Notes under the pieces: model-generated
Seen by the model: only the letters and a program-made list of their open reading frames with translations
Told to the model about the DNA's origin: nothing
The model's database searches: none
Program-made: the position numbers and the translations under genes
Source: Octopus vulgaris
Taxonomy: Eukaryota
DNA: 64,000 bases
Assembly: GCA_951406725.2 (NCBI GenBank)
Contig: OX597816.1
Coordinates: 156,674,001 to 156,738,000, forward strand
Direction of reading: 5' to 3'
In this document: positions 25,440 through 39,632 of the stretch, in pieces
Layout: every line of letters begins with the position of its first letter
Position numbering within the stretch: position 1 is the first letter of the stretch

Positions 25440-25746
25440 AATTATCCATATATATATATACACGCACATATGTGTGTGCATGGCATGTGTGTGTAGAGAG
25501 AGAGATATGTGTAAAGAATATATATAGATAGATAGATACATACATGCCTGCATAAATAGGTCGATAGATAAAGAATAAGTACTTGCATATATATATATGT
25601 GTGGGTGCGTGTGCACGCGTGTATATATGAGGGTGTGTATATATATATATATGTAGAGAGACACATGGAGGGACTGAAAGGCAAATGTTTGTGGGTATGT
25701 GTGTATATAAATATTTATGTAATTAATGTATATATAAATATGTATT

Positions 25747-25778
<32 letters not shown>

Positions 25779-25784
25779 GAAAGC

Positions 25785-25822
<38 letters not shown>

Positions 25823-25952
25823 TACACTTATACACATATATTATATATATATATACAAGAGCAAAGCCAAAAGGAGAAGGAGAGAGTGACTAAGAGAGAG
25901 AAAGCGAGAGCGAGTAGCCGATTGCAATTGTATGTTACATGTCAGAAATCGA

Positions 25953-26016
<64 letters not shown>

Positions 26017-26299
26017 ATCCTTTGTGAGGTCTTGAGTAAAGAAAATGATAAAAGTGCACAATTTACACACATGCCAATATATTTTAATATTCACACGAAT
26101 ACATACGCACACGCTCTGACATAGGCACACGCACATGTATGCGTGTGTGTATGTGTGTCTGTATTTTCATAAAATATATTCATTCATTTTCGCATTGCTG
26201 TACACACGATTTGCATTTATACATACATACATACATACATACATACATACAAACATACTCGTACGTGTATGTATATATATGTATCTATTCATCTATTTA

Positions 26300-26351
<52 letters not shown>

Positions 26352-26512
26352 CATATATATGTATATATATATATGCATGTATATGTATATATATATATAT
26401 CATGCATATATGTATATACATATGTATATATGTATGTATATATATATATATGTTTATAAATACACACACACGCACGTACGTACACATACATACACACACT
26501 CACACACACACA

Positions 26513-26569
<57 letters not shown>

Positions 26570-27220
26570 TCGTCTATATACATGAGCGCATATGTAAGTT
26601 TATACTCATACACGCTCATACACATTCATGTATACATACATACGTGTGTATGTGTGTGTTCGTGCGTGTGTATATATATATATATTTACACACACATTTG
26701 CACATACACCGACACACTAACACTCGCACATATTATCTTTAGTTAGATTAAAGAAAACAGAAAATAAAAGAAACGAGAATAAGACATAATAAAAAAAAAA
26801 GAGACAAATTGATAATAGACACATCTCTTAGAAAGCCGCTATCTGATAAACAGACACTTAATTAGGTGGGATATAACGGAGGAAATCTATTTGAAAGAAT
26901 ACGGAGATGAAAAAGACAGAGTAAACAATTTTATGAAGTGCTTAACGACATGATATTTCTTTAAAAGGAAGGAAATAATATAGAGTTTTTTTTTTTTCTC
27001 CGTTGTTCATTTTCCTATTTAATGAAGTAAGAAATTCAATAGCTGTGTAGAACACACTGCACATTCATACAAGTCACATACTCATGTACACACCCGTATA
27101 TTTTTAGGTTTGTGTGCGCATGATTGTGTCTATATATACATGCGTATATACAAACTTACTCTGATATATACATATGAATACATGCATGCGTAGATATATA
27201 CTCAGACACACAATACACAC

Positions 27221-27299
<79 letters not shown>

Positions 27300-27420
27300 C
27301 CTACGCACATACATACATACATACATACATACATACATACATACATACATACATACATACATGCATACATACATACATACATACATATATAGAGAGAGAC
27401 ACACACGCATACATATATTA
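25440..27420. repeat. Dense microsatellite field (TA, TG/CA, TACA, GATA)
   Basis: Direct reading. Confidence 0.9.
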
Positions 27421-27577
27421 CTACCATATTTGTTCGAAAAATTAATCATAAAATTTTTTATCTGTAGTAAATTGTTGCTGCTCTAGTTATAAGTAAGTTT
27501 ATGAACGTGTGTGAGTACGAGTGAGTATGTGTGGTGTGTGAGTCAGTATTTGTGTATGTATGTATGTATGTATATTA

Positions 27578-27668
27578 CCAAGATGGCGACAAAATGCAGA
27601 CACCTGGCTGGATAGATCCTGAGAAACTTCAGTACCAAAGTGAAGGAAACCATGATGGCATGGAACAC
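27578..27668 (+). mobile_element. Short CR1/L2-type LINE ORF2 fragment
   Basis: KMATKCRHLAG*ILRNFSTKVKETMM resembles the post-RT 'GWILRTF-T-R' segment. Confidence 0.45.
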
Positions 27669-27754
27669 AGCGGGGCCATAGGGTTATAATTCAATTCCAA
27701 ATACTATCTATTTCTTTACCATTCAACTAAAATCTGAGACTAGAAGATTTAGAA

Positions 27755-28143
27755 TATATAAAAGTGAAGTTGTGTGTCTGTCTCCTACGATTTAGATTCC
27801 TAACTACTCCCACATTTTGCAGTGCAGTGTAACCAAAAGCGGGTATCTTATAGTCGTGATTCATATCGATCCCTTCTGGGTATTAGCACGCGTCTACGAT
27901 GAGTCTATGATTTAAAAAACAAATTACCATCAATTTTTCCTATTTTTAATGCATTTTTGGCATATATAAGGCAAGTAACTCTCTAAAAATGTATTATTAA
28001 ATCTCAGAACGTAAAAAGCTACAGTAACACCCCCCCCCTTTGTGGTTAACCATATTGAGATGGCTATTATACTTTACATCTCTAAAAATGCTTATATAGT
28101 TATTTCCCTTACAAGCCCGAGTAACGCCGGGCGATACTGCTAG
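27755..28143 (+). mobile_element. Non-autonomous Helitron
   Basis: 5' atatataaaagtgaag; subterminal hairpin gcccg..cgggc (28115-28132); 3' end CTAG followed by T. Confidence 0.8.
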
Positions 28144-28760
28144 TTTAGAATGAAAATCAAAAGTGAATTGACAGCTCATGGCTGGCTATTGCTTATAAAT
28201 ATTTGAAAAGGTACTCCTCAACCCACAAGAAAATGAAACAAAACTTTAGAAAAGGATCGATTAGATAGAAGTAACTATCGACGAAAGAGTTTGATGTAGG
28301 GATGACATTAATTCATGATGTTACCAGTTAAAGGGTCAAACACTATGAAACTTAGGATGCTATCATGAGATTCAGAAAAATATTAGGGGCTCAGTGGGCG
28401 AACGTTTATAAACCACATGAGTATGTTGTATAATAATTTTTTTAAAATATCAGATAAATGATACCATAACCAAATAAGCTAAGTGGTTTATATAGGTCAA
28501 TTTTAAACATTAAAAGGAAGATTACTATTAAGTAGAATCAATTTAATACCTCACCTTCACTTAATTAATTAACTATTAGGTGGTTTCTATAAAGACCAAT
28601 CAAACCACTTACATATGGGATATCTGGCAAGATATACATACTATCTACTGATTGAAAGTAATGAATCAGAAGCAGGGTGATAAGATAATGCATAAAAAAT
28701 AATGCATACAGATACATATGCAAAAAGATCTTATATATATACATATACACACACACACAC

Positions 28761-28825
<65 letters not shown>

Positions 28826-29189
28826 CACACATCTATATGCGCTTATATATAAAAATATAGTATAATTATTTGGTGTAAATATAAGTAACTCAAAATATCA
28901 ATTTAAGAACATGAAAAATAACAGCTTAAGAACCATATTGAGCCACATCTTAACCTACATCCGTACAGGGATGATATGCAACATGTTCAACGATTTATAG
29001 AACCTTCTATCAGTATAAGCGAAGGTAAATCGGAATGCAAAATACAAAATCCAATACCATACACAATTTAACAATATAAAGGTAAAACATAAAGGATAAC
29101 AGATTAATAGGGTCAACATACCAAAATAAGAACTCAAAAAATAAGAATATATAGAGAATAATAGAAAATACCTATAAAGAGGAAGAGGA

Positions 29190-30123
29190 TTAAAAATTAA
29201 ATCCAGGAATGCATTTGCCTTCTTTGGTGGTGTAAGTGCGCGCTGGCATGCGTTTCCAAAATACTCCTGTTTCGTCCACGTTAAAGATTTGTTTTGCTAG
29301 ATAGCACTCATCCGTAATGATTTCGTTCAAATAACTAACAAGCTTATCAGCTGTTTCCTCGTCTGCACTCGCCGCTTCTCCAGTCATATTATGAAGTTGG
29401 AAATTTTCTTTAAATTTTATGAACCAGCTAGTACTTGCTAAAAGATCTTGACTGTATTCTTCTCCAGAATGCTCCCTTAGACTCTGAAATAGACTTCTAG
29501 CCCTCGACTGCAGACTAAAAATACTTAACGGGGTCAGTTTTTGGATCTGATCTTCAATTCAAATTTGTAGCAATTTTTCCATTTCGTGGATTGGCCGAGT
29601 CCGCTGCTTTGTTATAACTGTAGATCGCATAGAACTGAACATTTCACTGCTTCACGAATCCTCTCTTTATTCTTCAAAATTGTCGAAACAATAGAGTGTG
29701 ATAATTTCAGTTCACGTGCAATCTCATTCACTTTCTCCCTCCGTGCAGTCTAATCACTATCATTTTTGTTTCGATGCCGATGGCCTTTCTCTGCTTCTTA
29801 GCAGTTTGAGGAGTAGGTGAAGACAATTTCCTCTTTGTAGACATTTTAGGGAATATGCTTTCAAAGAATATCAAAGTCAAGACATACAGAGTTACCAGAA
29901 GATTCGCGCTCTATCGAGCCTGGAGTTAGTGAAATATTTCAAGCAGTCGTCTGATAAACAAATATGAGGTTGCCTCAATGTCTCCGCGTCAGGATATTCA
30001 TGCAACACTTGGGATAACCACAGTGGCGATCGATAACGAAACCCACGGTTAGTGTTTGTTTGCTGACGCCAAAAATCGTAAAGTCGATCGGTCGTAAGTC
30101 GGATAAGTCGATGTTGACCTGTA
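29190..30123 (-). mobile_element. Tigger/pogo (CENP-B-like) transposon 5' part; transposase pseudogene from ATG 29844
   Basis: TIR TA-CAGGTCAACATCGACTTA; MSTKRK..QRKAI..ELKLSHSIVSTILKNKERI..EMEKLL..ASTSWF..GEAASAD..QIFNVDETGVFWKRMPARTY with frameshifts. Confidence 0.9.
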
Positions 30124-30324
30124 TTTTCGTTTTTACTTTCTGTTTCAAGGGAAAGTTTTAGGAGTCTTGCCTTCTTGTGTAGTTGATGCAAATCTGAGAC
30201 CTTGTTCTACGAGGAAGAGGTGGTCCCCTCTTGTAGCGATAGCAGTAGCAGCAGCAAAACCAGCTGCACCATCAACGTGTCCAGCAATAACAACACAAGC
30301 ACCAGCACGAATAACGTAAGGACA

Positions 30325-30390
30325 CAGACTCAGAAATACGTTGGAGCAACGGAGAGCCCACTTAAGCGACTACTAAATAACCACAGAGTC
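30325..30390 (+). mobile_element. Possible PLE GIY-YIG fragment
   Basis: QKYVGATESPLKRLLNNHR resembles the YIG-x-T..R..NH segment. Confidence 0.35.
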
Positions 30391-31869
30391 CCGTTCATAT
30401 GTGTGCGTGTGTGTATGTGTGAGTGTGTGTGTGTGTGTGTTTGTGTTTATTTGAGTGTGTCAGTATGCTTTTATGTGTATGTATTTACCTGTACTGAGTA
30501 TATAGCAAACATAAAAAAGCAACCACAATTATCTCTCTCATTACATTGCGATTAATCCTACCAGTTTCGTTATGTACGGTACGCCTATGTCTATGTAGTC
30601 TCTGATATGCATTTTTCAAATATTCTGAGGTAATTCAAACTCATGCAACAACTAGAATATATTTATGATATAATCAAATCAGGAATATAAATATATTCTT
30701 TGGAGCATTTCATTGAATAATTTCAGTTTGCAAATAATTTAAAAAACACAATACTGTGGCTAACATAGAAACACAAGAAAACGCTTTTAATCGCAAAAAA
30801 AGGTAATTCAATTCCAACAATTGAATCCTTTGAACATACAAAAATGTATATGAGTACATCACGCCATTTTGTGAGCTGTTTTCCATTTCCGCTACCTGAT
30901 GCCTATATCTGTATCATTCACCCTTATATTGAAAATATATTTTGGCGAGAACATTTTAAAAATACCATTCCGAAATATAACAATATTTTTTAAACCGTTA
31001 TTTCGTATAAGCTAAATGTCACGCATTTCGTGGAAACTTATTCGGGATTGTATCGAAATCAAGAACTGAATGGTACTCTTTTCCTACCTCGCAGTAACAG
31101 GAATGTCCTGAGTTAAATTAAGGTGAATGTCGCTCTTACTAATGTGTGAAATTATTCCATAATTTCATCAATCCAATGCTATCTATAAAAGGATATCCTA
31201 ATTCAAATAGGATCAGTCGTTGAATCAAAATTCTGTCCTTTAAGACGTAAATCAACAACAATTTAAATAGCAATTCTAATTCATAGTTGGAATCAATTAT
31301 CAGATTACTCTGCGCTAATTAACGTAACAATCAAGATCGTAGAGCTTGTGGAAGCGTATGTGTGGATGAATGTTGTTCTTAAAATCTTTGGACAATGAAG
31401 CAAGTGAGATGTTAAATAAAATATACAAGGGAATAGCAATGCCTAAAAACAAAGGTGATACGTATCGTATTACCTTCTGTATGGGTCATACTTTTATACT
31501 TCGGCGGAAATTTTCCTTTTCCATAGAGGAGAGAAAATGTTCAGACTGTTCAGAAATATATTTTGTCATCGGCAAACCATTCTTCTTTTCATTACATCAC
31601 ACAACCTTACATATTATGCTAAAAATATCTTTTTATAAAGAGTTCTTTTTTACGATATACATATTTTACGGATGTAGTGATATCCAACCGGTTTTCCCTA
31701 TTTAAATTAGCTTTTCAAGGGACAATGTCAAGTAATCAGTTCTTGTGACAAAGGTTTCTCGCCAGTTTGGATGCTTGAAAAATAAGAATGAGTTTAGATA
31801 TTGGACAAAGGGGGGTAACAGGTGGCAAGAGCGACAACTAACTCCTCAGTATAATCTTTGAAGTGGTCA

Positions 31870-33005
31870 AGTTTGTATATTAAGGTGTGGTCTGTACTTT
31901 TGTATGAACATGTTTTCCTCATTTAGGCGTTCTCGTAAGGAGATTGAATCTTTGCATTGGTATAATGAAAAAATATGGAAATTTAATTCTTGCGCATTTG
32001 TCGATACGTTCACTCGGGGCTATCTGCCTGAATCGAGGAAAACGTGTCTGTTCTTTATGCAGCGTGACCCTGCGTCTCAAAGTAAAGCTCGTTTGGCCCA
32101 CATAATTGAGTCCACAACCTGAACAGGTTAGGACATAGATAAGGTTCTTGGAAGCACATGTGAATTTGGTCTTAATTGAAAATCTTTCTCCTTGCTGGAA
32201 TGTGAATTCTGAACCTTCAGTTAGGTATGGCCATGTACTACAAGTTGGTCGTTTGCCTTTTTTAACTGTTAATATCGTATGTATTAAGTATAGTTTTGCA
32301 TTTTTTAGGAGTCTCTTAAGTGGTTTGTGTTGTCTTTTGCATTTGAGGAGTTTATGCGATTTAGGATGTTGTTCATTTTTGAGTCTTGAGTGAGCAGAGG
32401 GAGATTTTGTATAATTGTGTTGTATGCTTCATTGTTTCTCGGATTGTGGGTTGATATGTATGGGAGTGATTTAAAATGAGGTGCGGTGTTTTGTTTTGTT
32501 GTCCTTAGTGTGTTTGTGTCCTATTTCTTGGGACGTTCAATTCCATGGTCTATAAGTGCGCAGGATATTGACGTTCAAGTGTTATTTTGAGGTCTTGTAG
32601 GTGAAGTTCCTGAGTGGTTGTCTTAGATACAATTGTACAGATCCTTTTAGCTAGATTGAATGGAATATTTATTTTGGTGTGTTTAGGATGGCATGAACTG
32701 AAAAGGAGATACTGTTTTAAGTCTGTTGGTTTGTAGTCGATGTCATTTGCAATTTGGTTGTTGGATTTTTTATAATCAAAATGTACAGAAATGGGAGCTG
32801 TTCCTTGCTATATTCCATTGTAAATTGAATATTGGATTTTATATTGTTCCGTATGGATTTGATATCCAGACGTTTATCATACGTTTCAATTCCAGATGAT
32901 AAAACAATCGTCTAGGTACGTTTTCCAGTTTTCTCTTATATACTGGTGGAATGGGGGTCCAAATATTCGCAGCGAACGTTCATATAAAATAGATTCAAAG
33001 AAACC
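31870..33005 (-). mobile_element. Penelope-like element, RT C-half + GIY-YIG endonuclease, decayed
   Basis: WKTYLDDCFII; YKPTDLKQYLLFSSCHPKHTKINIPFNLAKRI; LIYVLTCSGCGLNYVGQTSFTLRRRVTLH; ENMFIQKYRPHLN. Confidence 0.92.
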
Positions 33006-33607
33006 TATATATATATATATATGACTTTATGTATTGAGTGATGAATATCTATGTATCTCCAAGGGGTTCAAACATAAGTACCTACTAGTATATAGAGATA
33101 TTATTAGTTATCTAGGTAAAGCGTCAAAATAAGTGTTAGTTATGGATCTTTTTGAAATTTCATGTACAAGGCCTGTTATATTTTCCTCTGTTCGCGTGCA
33201 AAACATGTGATCCTCCAATTTAGTATAATCTACATAAAGTATGCGAAAGCGATACTGATAGATATTGTTAATGGCGTAGCAATGAGAAAAAAAGTGTTAA
33301 TGTTTCTGTTATTTTTGTCTTTATATGAATAATGTACAGGTTATAGCAATGCATTATGTAGGAAGTAAACTATATTATCTTTGGTTGATATAAATTCCTC
33401 GGCATATATATCGATAGAAGTGTCTGTCAGCCTTCACTAATTCCGCTATTTTACTGAAATGCAAAGGGAAAAAAAGAGAAAACTCTAATGCATGGTTAAG
33501 ATTCTACGAGAGACAGGTATCACACTCTTTAGACTTATTATTCTAAATTGTTTACCTTGTTCGAATCCATAATTCTATACCTATAATTCTCGAGTAACTT
33601 CAGCTTC

Positions 33608-33638
<31 letters not shown>

Positions 33639-33654
33639 CGTGTGCGTGTGTATG

Positions 33655-33690
<36 letters not shown>

Positions 33691-33734
33691 CGTATGTATA
33701 TATACATATATATGTATATGTATATATGTATATT

Positions 33735-33815
33735 TCCTGAGCGCCATACTAATACAATTGTTTGTTTGTATTCCACCTGCCTTCGTCTTTTGTCTATTTT
33801 CATAAAGCTTCCCTT
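33735..33815 (+). mobile_element. Mini-element family M, 3' part only
   Basis: Matches 14910-14990 (ccacctg..cgtcttt). Confidence 0.6.
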
Positions 33816-34639
33816 TATATATGTACGTATGCATGTATGTATATATATGTATGTATATATGTATGTATGTTTGGTTGTAACACTTATCTCTAAGTGTGCG
33901 TGTGTGTATGTATATTAATGATACGTTTCAATTGCTGGAATATACGAGAATGGAAACATAGACGTTTAAGATGAAAATAATATGAAGAGAAATACAAACT
34001 ATAAACCTTTGGATATATGTATATAAATGCATTCGTATAAAAAGTACTGGTTATTACATCTAATATTTTAGATTAACCTCTTTCAAGAAATGTTGGAAAG
34101 GAAAATGAAGATATTCATATAGCAGGGAAAAACAAGCTACGAGGTTTTGTTTCGTGAACATAGAGTAATTCGGTTTTCTTTATGAAAGTCATACGAATGG
34201 ATCAGAACATTATTATTGCACTAAGCCATAATATGCATGATGGATGCATATTATGAAAAATTTAAATTTTGTAGATAAGTATGAATTAAATCATTCCAGA
34301 AACTCGAAGGCAATTTTTATAAGAATTGATTTTTACATATGGGAAGTTATTATGGATTGCAATATTGGAATTTTAAGTTAAAAAACAAAAGCAAGTTACA
34401 AGAAATGTTTTATATGTAGAAATAAATTAAGTCTTGCTTGTAGAAGAGTTTTTAGGTAAAATCCAAAATTAACTTGCAATACACACACAGCAGGTGTGAA
34501 TATAATTTCAGATATGTATAATTTCTTCGGGAATCTGCTGTAACGTAAAAATCGATCACTAGCGAATGCGTAGAAGCATGGAATTGCAGATAATTACCAA
34601 AAATACTTCGTTCAGAGAATTAATGTGGAAGTCAGCAGG

Positions 34640-34678
<39 letters not shown>

Positions 34679-36989
34679 CACACATACATACATACATACA
34701 TACATACATACATACATACATACATACATACATACATACATACATACATACATACATACATACATACATGCATACACACATACATACATACATACATGTA
34801 CATATACACACCACATATATATATGCACATTTATATATATTTATTTTTATGTATGTATGTATATGTTAAATAAAGAACTGCATTAGACTCCTCACTCGTA
34901 TTATTATCGAACCGGGACTTTAACTACGGCCCTTCCAAAGCACTTACATAGCGTTACCTGCCACCTTAGGTTTTCTGGATACAATACCTCTCACATATAT
35001 GTATATATGTATGTATTTATGTATATATATATATGTATATATAGATATAGATATAGATATATGTGTGTGCGTATATGTGTGTGTATGTGCGTACATGTGT
35101 GTGTGTGTGTGTGTGGAGGTATGTAAGCATATATGCATGCATATATGTATGTGAGTATGTATATGTATGCATCCAAGAAAATATTTTTAAATGATCCAAT
35201 GTTTATTCATTTAATTTTACAAACTCTTCTTTAGTAAAGTCAAAGTAAGACGAATAAAATGAGGGGTATAAACATATGTACCAGCGAAAATAGTATCGAA
35301 TAGTTGCTGAAATTGTTCTTTGCAGTACTGGGACCTGGGGAACTTATACGTTTCACCTGAGTGTTATTTCCGTTGTAGATGGTTATTTAGACAAGAAACA
35401 TAATCCCTACCTCAATATTTGGTTTAGGATCGACCTCGGGCATTCTCGGGAGATAAATAGTCGAATTATGTCCCATTATCCTTCGAGTTTTCGCCTGTTA
35501 TCACCAGTCGTATCATCACAATGTTTCCTTTGGAATATAATGGATATATCATGGGCACTGTCAATTAAGGTATATTCATGTCTCAGCCTTGTAACTCAGG
35601 CAAAATGTACACTTATGTTTGGAAATCTTGTGTGAATAATCATGTTTCTCTATGTGAAATATAAAGCTTGTCTATCTGTTTGTACCTAAGTAGTTGAGAC
35701 TTTAGAAGATACTGAATGACATACATAATATTCAGTCCCAAACTACGTAAATCGGATAACACTCAGTAAATCACAGTAAAAAACAATCAAATATTAACAA
35801 GTAATCGTTTTTATATGCAGCATCGTAATATTCTTTAAGTGTTGAACTGACACACAGTATAGTAAAATACGTTTTCTTTTTTCTTTTTTGTAATAAACGC
35901 ATGCAGCAGAAAAAACTGGGTAAATGTGTAGAACATCATCAACTTGCATAAGGCTGTGTCTGATCATATATGATATATTCATCTAAATCATCCGTTATTT
36001 AAATTTCACATTCATACGCTTATTCAGAGTTGATCAACCATCACATTAAAGTTTGTCTTCTATGGAAATTAAATATTTTATAATAAAGAATATGAAATTA
36101 AATTTTATAGAGAAACATTTTCTTTTCTCAATTTATTACTGTACATAAATAACGCGCGTAAAAAATTCTCTTGTTATTTTAAGCGTTAAACTAAATTGCC
36201 GTAAGGTAAATATTATTATGTGTAGCTGACAAAGTAAAGCTTTAATTTCATAATATTACATATCCCTTTGCATACATATCTTTAAACATTTATTCTCCTT
36301 TGATTATTTTATTTCAGCCATTCAATCCAACCACTATAATTTTTCAAACTGATTTCCGTTATCTCAATATCTGTATAAACAACCAGTTTTTAGAACTGTA
36401 TTAGGATAATGTCCGTACATACATAATGCATACAAGTATACTTGCATCTATATGTGCGTGTGTATGTATATGTGCTTACTTATAAATATATATACCTGTA
36501 TGTATGAATTTATTTAAAGTATTAATAACTTCCTTGTATCATTGAACGTGTAAACGAGAGCAATGTTTGCAATGATCATGAAGCAGTGCTGGTGAGAGAT
36601 TAAGCACAGCATAAATGGAGAGTCAGAGAAAGGATGTCGTACGAACCTGCATAGATCGTTTCAAGATACAGTTATATTTCGGTAAAAATTATCCTTTTCT
36701 AACATATGAAAGGAAAAATCATAAACGAGGTGTCTGAAATATATATATTGATGTTGCTTGAGAATTTAAACGCTTTCATCAGATTTTATAGTGATACCAT
36801 ATACAGTGTTCAGTTTTTTTCCTGTCTACATATTTGCACACAAACATACAATCGAAAGATACACACACAAACACACAAATATATGCCTGCAAATATATAC
36901 ATATATATACATATATATATACAAACATATATATAGACATATATATATATAAGCATATATATATATACACATATATATACATATATGCC

Positions 36990-37037
<48 letters not shown>

Positions 37038-37042
<5 letters not shown>

Positions 37043-37350
37043 AGAAAATGTACAAGTCCTTTAAGAATAATGACCTAGGTATATCTATAGAGAATGAGCA
37101 TTATTCAGTAAATTATCTAGACGTCAACCTCAATCTAGTCACAAATAAGATCCATCCATCCCATAAGTTAAATGACAACCGAAAGTATACTAGTTCTTAA
37201 AGTAACCATCAAAAATCAGTTAAAGAAGTCTTAATAAATAATATAGGTAAAAGAATATCCATGTTATTCTCAGATTATAACCCTTTTATAAACATGCCCC
37301 ATATTATAATAAAACTTTAAAGGAAACAGGATATAACTCTAATATAAATT
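37038..37350 (+). mobile_element. PLE reverse transcriptase fragment
   Basis: [53 protein letters not shown]. Confidence 0.8.
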
Positions 37351-37381
37351 ATTTAATTATTATGAACGCATATTTATATAT

Positions 37382-37454
<73 letters not shown>

Positions 37455-37457
<3 letters not shown>

Positions 37458-39183
37458 GAGTGTATTTTTACCTTATTGACAATTAACACGGAAAAAAAAT
37501 AAATAGTTACCAGGGTAGCAAAAATCTCACGAGTAAAGATGTTGTAACTCCTTGTTTATAAAGGTAGAAACTTCGTATTTACGTGGAATATTTTGAATAA
37601 TATATGAATAAATAAATGGAGTTTAACGCAGCTGTAACTCAAATATTTTTACTTTCGACACATGTTTCGAAAAGTCCACTGATACTATTCAAAAGAATAA
37701 ATGGTATAAACAATGCAATCTCTCTTCAGGAAAGGGAAAAAAACGAAACTCGTCAATAAGATATTTTAGCAAAAATAGCGATTGACTGAACACTATTAAT
37801 ATTGTTTAAAAAACGTTATATGATATAATGTCATAAGTAGCTTACAGAAAGAGTAGGGATATTAATAGTGAATGTTAAATATAAAGGAAATTAAAGTTTA
37901 AATTATATATAATGATAGAGACTACTTATATGCACTAAATTTGTGTTTTTGCCAATGTTTACATCTGTATGCTCGCTCTATAACCGTGTTTACTAGGGGA
38001 TTTTTAGAAAAAATAATGAAAAAATAATTCAGAATTGCAGAGAAGACACAATTCCTTGCCTTTGCCATAAGGTATCAAAATTGAGAGAATCAACCATTCT
38101 AAATGAAATTGTTGATTGTGGTCTTTTAAATCCCAAATCAGTCTGCTGAGACCGGTACTATTACGTTTATTTATATCCCTAAATGTTGAGTAATGGATAG
38201 AAATTCTTTTAGATAACTCTAACGATGTGCTTCCAATGTAAAATCGTACTTTATTACGAGTACTGATTATACACTGGTATATACAATTTTTAATTTTAGA
38301 GTTACTTCAGATAAACTTAATTCTATTGGAATTGACTTCAGATACAATAACCTTGTTATTAATATTTCTAGAGTGTTGGATGGTATTAGCTAAATTAATG
38401 TTAGTATTAGTAAATGTATTAATATTTCACAGTTTGTTATTCTGTGAAGAGATAATTTGTAAGAGATTTTTTGTGTTTGAAAAACCGATCCTAACCGTAT
38501 GTGAATTGATAATAGAGTAATACCTAGAATTTTTGGAAAATTCCTAGCAATAGCTTGACGAAACAGCAGTGGGAGATTAGATTTAATTTGTCTCCCGTAA
38601 GGAATTATTAACCAAATATTTTTTACTAGTATTCATAGCGTAATTATTTTTGAAGGTGTTATATTTACTTTTAGAACGATAATAGGGGATTAAATAAGGG
38701 TTATCTGCCTTCATTCGCTTTGTATCGGAGCGTAAGTTATGTTTGTTATCAATAATTCTTTTACGACTAGAAATCTTATGTATATTATTGAATTTACAAT
38801 TAGACTGAGAAGAATCAATGTAGAAAATTTTCTCTGTATAACCTGCTTTAATTAAGGCAGAGTTATAGAATTCAGCGTTATTATTGAAAAAATCAACATT
38901 AGCAGATAATTTAGATAATCTAAATGAAATATTCTTAACTAAGTACTTAGTAATTGCTCTAGGATGATTACTAAATTTGCTAATGTACTTAAGATTGGAC
39001 AACGGTTTACGATATGGGAAGTAAGAGTCACTGTGTAAATTAAGCGTAATATTTAAAAAGTCGGCCTATGTCATATCGTCAGCAAAAACGATTTTTAAGC
39101 CCATTCTACTGAAAAAATTAACATGTGTCGAAAGTAAAATATTTGATTTACACCTGCGTTAAACTCCATTTATTTATTCACAT
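37455..39183 (-). mobile_element. 5'-truncated Penelope-like element: RT thumb, GIY-YIG, pLTR with hammerhead, inverted pLTR piece at 5' end
   Basis: DFLNITLNL..YFPYRKP..SNHP..ISFRLSKLS; CIYQCII..FYIGST..STGLSRLIWDLK..CLLCNSE; 39120-39183 is the reverse complement of 37603-37666. Confidence 0.92.
37652..37734 (-). ncRNA. Type I hammerhead ribozyme, full core
   Basis: Stem I CUUUC/GAAAG; CUGAAGA; stem II GAGA/UUUC closing a long loop; GAAAC-AUGU-GUC with palindromic ACAUGU; GUC triplet (cut after 37657). Confidence 0.8.
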
Positions 39184-39185
39184 TT

Positions 39186-39577
39186 TATTCTTGTACTTGT
39201 TTCAGTCATTTGACTGCGGACATGTTGGAGCACTGCCTTCAATAAAAAAAATCGCCCTCAGGACTTAATCTTTGTAAGCCTAGTACTTATTCTAACGTCC
39301 TCTTTTGCCGAAGCGCTAGGCTACAGGATATTAAACACACCAACATTGGTTGTCTAGCGATGTGGAAGGACAAAAACAGACACACAAATACACTCACTCT
39401 TTCTCTCCCCTGCTCCACGTATATATACGACATGCATCTTCCAATTTCCATCTACCAATTCAATTTGCTGGGCCCGAGGGTATAGCAGAAGACACTTGCC
39501 CAAGGAGCCAGTGGGACTGAACCTGGAGACTATGCGGTTGCGAAGGAAGGTTCTTATCACAGATCCACGCCTGCGCC
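39186..39577 (-). mobile_element. SINE family A, diverged
   Basis: Co-linear with 52240-52641. Confidence 0.88.
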
Positions 39578-39584
39578 TATATGC

Positions 39585-39632
<48 letters not shown>

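Noticed and set aside
27578-27590. YY1-like CAAGATGGCG start-codon motif
   Set aside because: Context translates as a LINE ORF2 fragment with an early stop.
35340-35400. Possible further hammerhead relic on minus (GAAAC-GUA)
   Set aside because: The CUGANGA box would need several changes; not supportable.
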